Assembly: GCA_965197925.1 (NCBI GenBank)
Contig: CBDAOC010000017.1
Location: forward strand, 64,001 to 128,000
Source: Nitrososphaerales archaeon
GTDB taxonomy: Archaea > Thermoproteota > Nitrososphaeria > Nitrososphaerales > UBA213
DNA length: 64,000 nt
Reading direction: 5' to 3'
Shown here: positions 23,118 through 33,556 of the stretch, piece after piece
Position numbering within the stretch: position 1 is the stretch's first letter
Layout: each line of letters begins with the position of its first letter
The notes under the pieces: model-generated
What the model saw: only the letters and a program-made list of their open reading frames with translations
Database searches by the model: none
What the model was told of the DNA's origin: nothing
Made by a program: the position numbers and the translations under genes

Positions 23118-24230
23118 ATGAATGCAAGTACAAAGGAAAGGATTATCTTCCATATCGATTTTGATTACTTCTTTGCTCAATGCGAAGAACTTAGAACACC
23201 AGAATTAAGGGGTAAACCAGTAGTCGTATGTGTATATTCTGGCAGAACAGAGGATTCAGGAGCAGTGAGTACGGCCAATTATGAAGCTCGTAAATACAAT
23301 GTAAGATCTGGTATGCCTATTAATCTGGCGAAGAAGAGACTAAAGGATATATCAGATGTTTCGTTACTCCCTGTAGATCATGAATACTATAAAGAGATGT
23401 CTGATAAAGCAATGAACATTATCCAAAATCATGCCGACAAGTTTGAGATAGCCAGCATTGATGAAGCATTTATAGATGTTGGTGAAGCTCTGAAATACGA
23501 ATTTACGAGAGCTGTAGAACTTGCCGTTAAAATAAAGGATCAATTAAGAAATGTTCTAAAATTATCATGTTCAATAGGAATAGCATCGAATAAGTTGGTT
23601 GCCAAGATCGCTTCCGACTTTGAAAAACCAGACGGTCTTGTGATAGTCCATCCAGGTGATACTCAGAGTTTCCTCAGAAATTTGGATGTAAGTAAGGTCG
23701 TTGGAATTGGGAAGAAAACTGAAGAATGCCTGAATCAAATGAACGTAAAAACAATTGGACAACTTGCTGAATTAGATATCTACTCGTTAACAAAGATGTT
23801 CGGAAGGAAAAATAGTGTATATATTTTCAACTCCTCTAGAGGTATTGATAATGAACCAGTTAATGAAGATGATTCTGTCACTCAGATAAGCAGGATAATG
23901 ACTCTGAAAAAAAGCATCAATTCCGTGGGTGAAATATATGAGGATTTGGCATCCATATGCCGAGACGTTCATAAATCTGCGACAGATCGGGGTCTTTCAT
24001 TTAAGTCCGTAGGTATAATATTGATATTAGATGATCTTAGCACAAGGACAAAATCCAAAAGTCTAAGAGCGCCGTCAATGGGCTACCACGAGATTTTCAA
24101 AACATCAATATCTCTTTTTGAAGAAGCCTTATCTGGAAGTCAATTAATGGTAAGGAGGATAGGAGTTAAAATTTCTGAATTGATCATTTGTAGCGGTCAA
24201 GATACTTTGTTCAAATTCATGGAGGAATAA
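23118..24230 (+). CDS. dinB: Y-family DNA polymerase IV (Dpo4/DinB)
   Basis: FHIDFDYFFAQCE, STANYEAR, SIDEAFID, KIASDFEKPDG. Confidence 0.96.
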   Translation: MNASTKERIIFHIDFDYFFAQCEELRTPELRGKPVVVCVYSGRTEDSGAVSTANYEARKYNVRSGMPINLAKKRLKDISDVSLLPVDHEYYKEMSDKAMNIIQNHADKFEIASIDEAFIDVGEALKYEFTRAVELAVKIKDQLRNVLKLSCSIGIASNKLVAKIASDFEKPDGLVIVHPGDTQSFLRNLDVSKVVGIGKKTEECLNQMNVKTIGQLAELDIYSLTKMFGRKNSVYIFNSSRGIDNEPVNEDDSVTQISRIMTLKKSINSVGEIYEDLASICRDVHKSATDRGLSFKSVGIILILDDLSTRTKSKSLRAPSMGYHEIFKTSISLFEEALSGSQLMVRRIGVKISELIICSGQDTLFKFMEE

Positions 24231-24799
24231 ATCTCACTACAAAGTAACGGTATATTCGTCTCATTAAAGATTGAAGCAACATATTGGCATAGCTTCATAG
24301 GGAGAGCTACTAATAAAAACAATAAAAGCTGGTTGAACCAACGAATTAGTGGTTGGCCATTTTTGTCATTAATACTTTCATCAAAGAAGCTGATGATGTA
24401 ACTTGGATGAGGCATAAGAGTATAAGTTGTTAGAAGCTTTAAGCTTGAGGTTAGAAAAGCACTAACACGAAGACGTTATTATGACTATACCAATATACAA
24501 AATAACAAAGAATGAGAATAGGTTGATATCAATTAGAGTGTAACTGATACTGGTAGATAAAATTCAAAAAAATCCTATTTTAACACATTCAATTTATTAG
24601 TAAATAAGGTTTTTTGCCATAATATTATTTCGTGATTTTCTTAATGTAAATTGATTTAGATATAATAGACCGTTAAAAAGCAAATATTACGTTTCGGAAA
24701 CGAATAAAAAGGAAGGAGAAACGTCAACTCATTAAACTGATTATCTTTCCATCCAATGGTAAAAAATCAATCTCCCAAATAGAAATAGTGTGGTGTGTT

Positions 24800-26071
24800 G
24801 CACCTTTCGAGGCAGTAGAGGGCCGTCGTCTTTGGATCATGGTTGGGATGGTCACTTGGTTATGATCTAGTGCTAATGCTTCTTGTAACCCCATATTTAA
24901 GTCAGCCCTTCTTCCCATCTGAAGATCCCACTTTTAGTTTATTAGTAACATTCGCAACATATGTCATAACGCTGATAATGCGGCCTGTAGGTGGTGCGTT
25001 GTTCGGCAGTTTAGGAGATAGACATGGTAGAAAGAAACCTATGATAATTACTATCATGGGTTTTTCTATTGCTACATTCGCAACAGGTTTGTTACCTACC
25101 TGGCAGATGGTAGGCATATTTGCGCCATTTCTGTTAGTACTCTTACGGTTAGCTCAGGGACTCTTTTCAGGGGGTGAATGGGCTAGCGGTGCAGTGCTCA
25201 CGATGGAGACTACCAAGATCAAGCCGGGGATTACTTTCTAGATTCGTACAGAATGGATTTACATTGGGATTCCTCATTGCGTCGATAACATACCAATTTG
25301 CATCTGTTGCATACACTGAGGACACCTTGGAAATGGGGTAGAGGGTTATGTTCTTCACAGGCATAATTCCGGGTTTGGTAGCTCTTTTCGTCAGATTTAA
25401 GATGAAAGAATCCGAAGTATGGTTGGAGAAGGTGCGCCAGAAGAAGATTGAGAGGGCAACCTTGCGTAAGGTTATGTTAAATGTTGAACATAGAAAACGT
25501 TTCTTCCTTTCTTTAATGATCATGACAGGTCTAATGTATGCTTATTACACATCAATTGGCTTTATGCCAACATTTCTTCAACAGTATGATCATCTTGAGC
25601 GACCAGAGGTTGCCACTTATGATTGCCGCTACAGTTTCATCCCTGCTCGGACATATTTTTACTGGCTTTATCAGTTAGTACATAGGTAGAAAGAAGTCCA
25701 TAGCGATATTTGCTCTTGCAGCTATACTGCTAGCTGTTCCTATGTTAATTGGTCTTTATAATGCTACTCATATTTCAGAAAGGATAATCTATACAGGTGT
25801 GTTAGTGTTTGTAACAACAACTGGATTCGGACCTATACCAGCATTTCTATCAGAGAGATTCCCAACGGAAATTAGAAACAGTGCGTGTGGTTTCGTATAC
25901 AACGGCGGGTTGATATTCGGCTCCTGGGCACCGTTGATAGTAGTCAACTTATTATCCCAAGCAGGATCTCTTGTTCCAATTATCCTTGCTTTAAATATTG
26001 TGGTAGGTTCAATAATAATTCTTGTTGGTACAAAACTCAATCCAGAGACACGTGATACGGACTTGACATAA
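24800..26071 (+). pseudogene. MFS metabolite:H+ symporter, multiply frameshifted
   Basis: MRPVGGALFGSLGDRHGRK, LRLAQGLFSGGEW and SERFPTEIR lie in separate collinear fragments. Confidence 0.88.
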
Positions 26072-26307
26072 CTACTATATTCACAAACAGGCAGATTATG
26101 GGGAAAACCCATAATTTACAAATAATAGATTACTAACTATCTTATCTCACTAATTCAACTTCAAGATACTCAATAAAACCATTTCATTTAATCCAAAGAT
26201 CCTTTCTTAACTATAATTAATTATGTTTCTATTTCATTCTGTCTAGAAATATAGTCGAAGTGTTGTTCGTTGTCATCCCTCCCATCAGGTAATTGCTTTA
26301 TGTATAC

Positions 26308-27186
26308 TCAACTGATCCCAAAACTGATCATTTAGTGAATAATTGACGATCATTTGGATCTATTTGCAATGCTGCCCGTAGCAGATCATGAAATTTCAGG
26401 AGATAACAGGTGAACAATGGAAGATGATATCACCGCATCTCCCCAAGCCAGCCAGAACCGGAAGGCCAAGGGCAGACGACAGAAAGACAGTCAACGGAAT
26501 CCTGTTTGTCGGGATAACAGGATGCAGGTGGACTGGGATGTCACAAAGGTACGGCTCCAAATCAACTGCGCACCGCAGACTGCAGAACTGGCAGCGACGT
26601 GGAATATGGAAGAATATCCTCTCCGCTGCAGTCAAATCAGCCCACAGATCAGGCAAGATGCAGCTGCAAAAAACGGTCGATTCGTCATCAGTTCCGGCCA
26701 AAAAAGGGGAAGCGTCATAGGATACAACGGATTCAACAGGATTTCAGGCACAAAAATACACGTTGCGGTGGAACAAAACGGACTGCCAGTCTCAGTAGTA
26801 ATGTCCTGCAAATCAGCATGACTCTGCAAGATTTGTAGACGTGATGGATGGCATCTCACAATATCTGGATGAGAGATCTATCAGAAAAATTGCGCGGTGC
26901 CAAGCAGACAAGGGCTATGATGCAGAATTCATCAGGAAATACCTCACCAAAAGAAAAATCTCTGACTGCATGCCTTACAGAAAAAACAGTAAGACACAAC
27001 AACAAAATGATAATACAGAACAATACCTATACGGCAAGACGCGCTATGTTGTGGAGAGATTCTTTGCCTGGTTGAAGAATGGGTTCCACAGAACCAGGAT
27101 CAGATATGAGAAGAATGCACAAAACTATCTGGCATTTGTTATCATTTCGTCGATTATGATGTATTGGAGAGTATTGGGATGACTTC
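26308..27186 (+). mobile_element. IS5-family element (type C), copy 2
   Basis: Imperfect TIRs (CAACTGATCCCAAAAC / GTATTGGGATGACTTC); orfA 26388-26720; orfB with ADKGYD and RYVVERFFAWL, frameshifted. Confidence 0.92.
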
Positions 27187-27194
27187 TATATTAG

Positions 27195-27740
27195 TTATTG
27201 TTTCTTTATGGAGAGGACCTTTTGAACTTCGCTAATACTGTTTATGAACTTCTTTTTCGCCTCAAAAACATCAGATACTTTTACAACTACCTCTGTAGAA
27301 GAGAGCATTACATCCTTTACAACTAATGGTGCACTGAGGCCAAGGAGTTCACTGAGCACGTCAAATATATTACTAAATTTAGCACCACCCCTGTATGTAT
27401 AAATTGTATTCCCATCGTTCATCTTAGGAGTAGGTTCTATAGGAATGATAAGGTCCGATGATGTTATTTCGGTTATGAAGGTAGTCATGTCATTATTAAT
27501 AGTATCATCAAGTGTATCTCTCTGCAGCAATAGTTTCTCTCTAGTGCTTTCAAGCATTCCAAGTTCATCATGATACTCAACGCCAATCATTTTTGCAAAA
27601 GCTGATTCGGTTGCGCTTTTTATTGGTAGTTCATGCATCTTGACACCTATATCTGACAATTCATTATCAACGTCAGAAAGTTCCAGTCTGTTAGTCTTAA
27701 TTCTTCCAGCAAGTTCTTCTAAAAAATGAAAGTCAACCAT
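27195..27740 (-). CDS. hypothetical protein with N-terminal coiled coil, downstream partner of the tubulin gene
   Basis: Intact 181-aa ORF starting 11 bp after the tubulin stop, with GTGATGG RBS-like sequence; heptad-like N-terminal half. Confidence 0.8.
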   Translation of the reverse strand: MVDFHFLEELAGRIKTNRLELSDVDNELSDIGVKMHELPIKSATESAFAKMIGVEYHDELGMLESTREKLLLQRDTLDDTINNDMTTFITEITSSDLIIPIEPTPKMNDGNTIYTYRGGAKFSNIFDVLSELLGLSAPLVVKDVMLSSTEVVVKVSDVFEAKKKFINSISEVQKVLSIKKQ

Positions 27741-27751
27741 ATTCCATCACT

Positions 27752-29134
27752 TTAGCTGAAGTGATGAACAACATCCATAAGACTTTGTTTAAATTCTTCG
27801 TTCGCAAGTCCCCATTTAGCATACTCTTCCCTAAATGAATCCCATGATTGCTCCGCCTCTGTGGCAATATCGAGTATCTTTTGTCCTATAGCTTTGGTAT
27901 TTATCAGGATTGTAACATGAGCCGGCTCATTTTCCATTATGGGTATTTTTACAAATATCATCCTTGAATCCTCGATATTAAACCGTTCTCTTATCACCAT
28001 CTTTAGTGCTTCTCTTTCTTTCAAGTCAAATTCGCCCCTTACTTTAACCAAGGCACAGCAAGAATCCCTTGAACCTCCTTTATCCCTTATTGCATTCTCA
28101 TCTATATCGAATAGAATTGCATCTTCTTTGTGGTGAACTGCGTCCATAATTCCCTCCATGGTGTTATTATTGTCAATATTCATTGGGTTCCAATGACCAC
28201 CTGAAGGTACAAGAGGTATTACCCAAGGTATTGCGAATTTTGGGCGTTTGGTCGCCAACCACGTTCTGTAGTTAGACATATCCCACTCTGTCTCCCTTGC
28301 AAATGAAGCTATAAACATAGATATTGCATTTGCAGCTATGATATTCATACCTCTATAGTCCTTCCATCCTGCTTCATGCTCCTTGGGTAAGTCGTCTATT
28401 ATCGATTGCATTTTATCAAGTTTATTTTTGAACTGTTGTGAATACTTTCGCAATGTTTTGTTATCCAATAATAATGAACAGTCTGAGAACTTGATTTGAT
28501 ATTCTAGATTCATGACTATGTTTATTGCCGCTGCTTCAAATATTACTGGATCCCATCCGAACTCAGGGAGCAATCCTATGGTTGCTAGTGTTGCATGTGC
28601 TCCAATATCCTTTTTTATGTATTCTATGAAGGCACTTGCAAATGAACTGCCTGTCCCTCCGCCCATTGCGAAAGGAATGGTGAAGCCTCTAACCGGTTCA
28701 GGTGAGAGCGATGCCAGCTGTTTTTGAATATCGAACTTGGAGGAAACTTCCTTCGTGAAGCGTGTTCGGCCCTCAGCCCAATTCCTCGCTGCTCCTCCTG
28801 TTCCATGTATTACATGCTTATCCCTTAACGCAAAAAGATCTGGGTATGATTGAAGGATTAGATTAGCCGCTCGAGGATCTAGGTCTACGAGAAGCGCTCT
28901 TGGAATTAGAGGTATTTCTCCTCCATTATACGAGTTGGGGAACCTTAGGATAGTGCTTCCATATCTTTTCAAGACTTTCGACTCCTCCTTCTCACCATGC
29001 AGTACTGGCTTCAATGGATCTGCGCCTACGTCTAAAAGAAGCCTCCTGTATGATTCTGCCCCCAATCCTATACCACAATGTCCGAAGCAGGTCATCAACA
29101 CCGGGGCAGGTGGAAGCGGAGTAAATTTAGCCAA
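27752..29134 (-). CDS. tubulin-like GTPase (eukaryote-type tubulin homolog, artubulin-like)
   Basis: FGHCG (cf. GQCG), PRALLVDLDP (PRAVLVDLEP), GAARNWAEG (GAGNNWAKG), GGGTGSS, LDNKTL (IDNEAL), FREEYAKWGLANEEF (FLHWYTGEGMDEMEF). Confidence 0.93.
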   Translation of the reverse strand: MAKFTPLPPAPVLMTCFGHCGIGLGAESYRRLLLDVGADPLKPVLHGEKEESKVLKRYGSTILRFPNSYNGGEIPLIPRALLVDLDPRAANLILQSYPDLFALRDKHVIHGTGGAARNWAEGRTRFTKEVSSKFDIQKQLASLSPEPVRGFTIPFAMGGGTGSSFASAFIEYIKKDIGAHATLATIGLLPEFGWDPVIFEAAAINIVMNLEYQIKFSDCSLLLDNKTLRKYSQQFKNKLDKMQSIIDDLPKEHEAGWKDYRGMNIIAANAISMFIASFARETEWDMSNYRTWLATKRPKFAIPWVIPLVPSGGHWNPMNIDNNNTMEGIMDAVHHKEDAILFDIDENAIRDKGGSRDSCCALVKVRGEFDLKEREALKMVIRERFNIEDSRMIFVKIPIMENEPAHVTILINTKAIGQKILDIATEAEQSWDSFREEYAKWGLANEEFKQSLMDVVHHFS

Positions 29135-29218
29135 ATTTCAGCCCTAATATTCATGGCAAACCCCCTTTCTTTAATCATAGAGTGTAACAAATTCCGTTTT
29201 TGTATAAATTGTTATTTA

Positions 29219-29734
29219 CTAATCTATAGTTATTACTCTTTCAGGTCCTGCTGGTCTTCGATCTAAATCACTATACCCTGTTGGATTTATGGTAGGTTCT
29301 AACTCCAAACAATTTGTGTTTTCAATAAAGTCTAAAACAAAGAGTCCCTCTGCACGTAGGTTTCTATCATAATCATTGTTCATAGTTCTACAATGGATAC
29401 TAGCATTAACTGTTCCATCATGTGTCTGAAATCTTAAATTCAAACTCAATATGTTATTTTTTTCAAAATTAGAAACTCCTACCTCTAAGTTTCCACCATG
29501 TCTCTGGTTTCGCAGTTCTTCTTTAGCATCAGGGAATCTTTCATAAAATGCTGCATAGGAGGGATGTGCTTTGAGTTTCTTTAGCAGTTCTTCATCACTC
29601 ATGAATGAATTTCCAATTTCTGCCCATGGATTGTTTTCAATGATGTTTGGTAAGAATGTATACCAGAACAAGCCAAACATAGAGATTGTAATTCCCAATC
29701 CTACAAAATAAGTAATTTTTCTTAACGTAATCAT
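29219..29734 (-). CDS. membrane-anchored hypothetical protein
   Basis: N-terminal TM helix, intact 171-aa ORF. Confidence 0.65.
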   Translation of the reverse strand: MITLRKITYFVGLGITISMFGLFWYTFLPNIIENNPWAEIGNSFMSDEELLKKLKAHPSYAAFYERFPDAKEELRNQRHGGNLEVGVSNFEKNNILSLNLRFQTHDGTVNASIHCRTMNNDYDRNLRAEGLFVLDFIENTNCLELEPTINPTGYSDLDRRPAGPERVITID

Positions 29735-30055
29735 AGTTTCCCATTAAGAAATCAGCATATATTTGTATTTCTTTTTTTGGCCAGCTAGAAATCATCACGC
29801 TTTCACTCATTTGTAGATCAAACCAAATCATTTGGATCAATGAAACATTACATATTTCTCATTTCATGAATAAAAAATACAGACGATGATCCGCATCATG
29901 CTGTCCATACTAAAGAAGATGCATGTTCCACTTTTTGCATAGCAAATCCAAGCATGAATTTTCCATTCACACCATGTTCCCATCTTATCCCATAACCTCT
30001 TCCTGATCTTTTCTCATCTTATCCGCCTTTTGGTAATTTTATCTAGCTCATTGTT

Positions 30056-30505
30056 TCACTTGGGATATAGGTCGCCCTGCACCTCATAAGCCCGCCTGTC
30101 ACATGTTGGACATTTTAGAATAACATGCTCTGATAGCGTCAGATCGGGATTGCTCTGCAGCTCAACACCAGCCTCAACCTCACTCACCTTTATCTCCACT
30201 TCCAGAACATCATCCGTGTCTTCTATGGTGGTTAGCGTGAAGGTGTTGTGTGTGAATTTTGCTTCAAGTGCTGCAAGTGAAGAGTTGAACTGTGTCTTAA
30301 TTGATGCTTTGATGCTTGTCCTATCTGCTGCTGGGAGATCTACCTCTCTAGGATCGCCCCCTTCGTCAACAATGGTCTTTTTCGGTACATCCACCCTGTT
30401 GTGTTCAATTAACGTGTATTGGCTCCATCCGGGGTTTATGCTCTTTGGTGCTATGAATAGTGTATGACAACCATTACACTCGAATGAAGCTTCTATTTCG
30501 ACCAT
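30056..30505 (-). CDS. hypothetical zinc-binding protein, possibly of viral origin
   Basis: CNGC at the N-terminus and CPTC at the C-terminus; GGAGGTG RBS; higher GC than core genes. Confidence 0.65.
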   Translation of the reverse strand: MVEIEASFECNGCHTLFIAPKSINPGWSQYTLIEHNRVDVPKKTIVDEGGDPREVDLPAADRTSIKASIKTQFNSSLAALEAKFTHNTFTLTTIEDTDDVLEVEIKVSEVEAGVELQSNPDLTLSEHVILKCPTCDRRAYEVQGDLYPK

Positions 30506-30510
30506 CTATC

Positions 30511-30636
30511 TCAAGCACCTCCAATATCCATAAAGAAATAATTCCCGCCCTGTCCATTACCACCGTTTTGATTACCAGTGCCCCCACTACCGCCCGTTAC
30601 TGAAACACTTTTGGGGGCAAATTTTGAGATTACTAA
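30511..30636 (-). pseudogene. 3' fragment of a glycine-rich protein truncated by an IS
   Basis: Reads LVISKFAPKSVSVTGGSGGTGNQNGGNGQGGNYFFMDIGGA*, ending 5 bp before the next start; 5' side is the IS terminus. Confidence 0.6.
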
Positions 30637-32558
30637 GAGCTTATCCGAAAATTAACATCATAGCCTAATTGTTTATACCGAAACAGATCTAGATCTGTCC
30701 TCTCTAGCTAAATTTGTGATAAAAGCTAAGAAAAAGAGCATGCCGACCATATGGAATATACCAGACAATCTATGGGTAGAGTTCAAACTAGTGTTGCTAC
30801 CAGAGAAACCAGCAAGAACAGTTGGAAGGCCAGCTGTGCCATTTAGAAAAGTGTTGAATGGAATACTGTATGTATTAAGAACTGGATGCCAGTGGAAGAA
30901 GGTATCTAAAGAATTTGGTTCTGGCTCAACTTGCCATGCAAGATTTCAGGAATGGATTGGGATAGGAGTATTCAAGAAGGTATGGAAGAGGCTGCTGGAA
31001 ATATATGATCAACTCATCTCAAAACCCTACAATACATCAAAAATGATGCAAGATTAACAAATGCCAGATAGTTTTCTGCCGTTCTTTCATACCTGATTCT
31101 TGTTCTGTGAAATCCATTCTTGAGCCATGCAAGGAATCTCTCAACTACAAATCTTGTCTTGTTGTAATGTTTGCAATCATTATTTTGAAAGATGAACTTG
31201 GAATTTATTTTGTATGGGATGCAACATGCAATATTTCTATCCCACAACCACAAATACATTCTGATGTATTTTGCATCATGCCCTTTGTCTGCATAAACTG
31301 ATTCTATCTGTTGTATTGAATCATCATCAAGATAGTCTGAAATTGATCCTGTAACATCCATGCATTTTGTACTGTCATGTTCATTTGCTGGACTCAACAG
31401 TATGGATATTGGAAATCCGTTACCCTCTACTGCGGCATGTATTTTTGTACCTGTTATTCTCTTGAATCCATTATATCCAGTTACATTGCCCCTTTTTTAT
31501 TAGGAATGGATGAAGAGTCAACTGATTTTTTTAGACTAATTTTGCCAGATTTATGTGCTGAGTGAATAGTACGTGATAGAATCTTTTTCCAGATTCCTTT
31601 TTGTTGCCATTTGTTTAACCTTCTGTTTGCAGTAGAATCATCACCATATCTTTTTGGCATATCGTCCCATCGGCATCCAGTAGTTAGAACATGGATTATT
31701 CCGTTAATGATTTTTCTATCATAATCCCTAGGCCTGCCAGTTTTTGCATGTGGTGGTATGTGTGATTCCATCATACTCCACTGTTTGTCTGATAATTCTT
31801 GGAATTTCATAAAATAATTTTAGATGTCGCTATTCATGGATCTAAATGGTCGCTAAAAATTGTCTAAATGGTTAGTTTTGAGATGAGTTGGATGAATTGA
31901 AGAGCATGGGATGGGACTGGCAATCCATGGATAGCGTACCGAAGGCCCCATTAGGGGGAAAACGACCGTAGCAAACCCAACGGATAGAGGCAAGCTAGGT
32001 ACCAAACGTCACATGCTTGTTGATAGAAGAGGAGTACCTCTCATCTGTAATTACTGAAGCAAACAAGCACGATATGAAATCAGCCTTTCCTACAATAGAT
32101 AGCATTGTTGTTGATAGGCCCAAAGTTAAACAGAACATATGCATGAATAGGATATGATTTCCCTGAGATAGAGTATGGAGTTAGGAAGGGGATATGTAGA
32201 TCACATTCATCGTAAAGGTGAAGTGTTGAAAAAGAATTTATACAAAGCAAAGAGATGGGTTGTAGAAAGAACCGCATCTTGGCATAACAGGTTCAGAAAG
32301 TTATTGGTAAGGTTCGAGAAGAGAGAGGAAAATTATCAGGCGCTAGTAGAATTTGCTGACTGCCTGATAGTGTACAGAGCGATATATTGGTAGTGTCATA
32401 AACACGTTAATGCAACTGTTTCTAGTATCTACTATCTACAATACTAATAAAATCAATAGTAAGAAAACTAAACCTGACAGTTTGAACTAATATTCTTGCA
32501 TTCTAAATGTTATCATTTCTACCAATCATTAACTATCAGCTAGAATTTTAGGATAGGC
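30637..32558 (+). mobile_element. IS5-family element (type B), copy 2, containing a nested type A IS
   Basis: GAGCTTATCCGAAAATT left end; right end GGATAGGC (2 nt short); TAA on both sides; orfA is broken at YD/ELK by the nested element. Confidence 0.93.
31010..31890 (-). mobile_element. IS5-family element (type A), copy 2, nested
   Basis: Perfect 16-bp TIR; 3-bp TSD GAT duplicated within the host transposase. Confidence 0.96.
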
Positions 32559-33556
32559 TAAGTCGGCTTTTCAACAAATATTCCCCGCGGCCTGTACAGT
32601 AATACCACCAGTAGTATGACGCCAAGCAGCAAATAATCAAGCCAGATAACATCAAAGGGAATAAAGCCTTCCAGAGAATCCTTAAAGAATATGATGAATT
32701 TTCGTAGTAGCACAAAAATCAGTGTTCCAATTAAGACACCCTTATTGTTTGCAAGTCCACCAATTAGGATCATCAAAAACGGCCAAAACGTCCAGCTGAC
32801 CCTATCGTATGCAAACGCTATGGTTCCCCCCACATAAAATGCATACAGTGCACCGCCAATGGCGGCAAGTGCGGCGGAGATCATTATTACCTTGATTCTA
32901 ACATACGTAGTGTTTTTGCCAAGGGATTCGGCTGCTACCTCGTTGTCACGTACTGCCCTGAGCAGGCGCCCAAGCGGCGAGCGCATCATCTTTTCACTGT
33001 ACACAAAGACTGCAGCTGCAATCAGCACCAGCCCGATTGTAGCTATCGTAAAGCGCATCCCATCGGGAAGAAATGACAGTGGGTCTGGCACCTGGACGCC
33101 CAGTGTTCCACCAACCAATGGCGTAAAGTTGTTTCCAATTATGCGGATGCTCTCACCAAATGCAAGCAGCGTAATTGCCAGATAGTCACCGCGTAGTCTT
33201 ATTGCAGGATATGATGTCAGCAGTCCCAGTCCGCCGCCAATTCCTGCGGCAATGCCCAACGTCAAAAAAAAGATGGCAAAGCCAATGCCGACATTGTCAA
33301 CGAGCCACAAGTTGATCTCAGATACAATGGCCAGATTATTTCTAATGTAATCACCCTCGATTCCTGCAATGCCTGCAAAAATTCTGCCCGGTACGACAGC
33401 TGCTACAAATGCACCTATTCCTACTGCCAGCACCTTGCCAAAGTTTGGTATCCCAGTATATCCAAACTCCATGTTCAAGCTGAGATTAACTATAACGTAT
33501 ATTGCAAATATTGCGAGCAGATCCACAATGAAGATTGTTTCAGCTTCTAGAACCAT
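32558..33556 (-). CDS. livM: branched-chain amino acid ABC transporter permease (3' end abuts IS)
   Basis: RLRGDYLAITLLAFGE, SPLGRLLRAVRDNEVAAESLGKN, ILIGGLAN. Confidence 0.9.
   Translation of the reverse strand: MVLEAETIFIVDLLAIFAIYVIVNLSLNMEFGYTGIPNFGKVLAVGIGAFVAAVVPGRIFAGIAGIEGDYIRNNLAIVSEINLWLVDNVGIGFAIFFLTLGIAAGIGGGLGLLTSYPAIRLRGDYLAITLLAFGESIRIIGNNFTPLVGGTLGVQVPDPLSFLPDGMRFTIATIGLVLIAAAVFVYSEKMMRSPLGRLLRAVRDNEVAAESLGKNTTYVRIKVIMISAALAAIGGALYAFYVGGTIAFAYDRVSWTFWPFLMILIGGLANNKGVLIGTLIFVLLRKFIIFFKDSLEGFIPFDVIWLDYLLLGVILLVVLLYRPRGIFVEKPT

Noticed and set aside
27752..29134. Annotation as FtsZ or CetZ
   Set aside because: It lacks the FtsZ GGGGxN, NTD and NxDFAD motifs and has tubulin-type PRAxxVDL, NWAxG and C-terminal helices.
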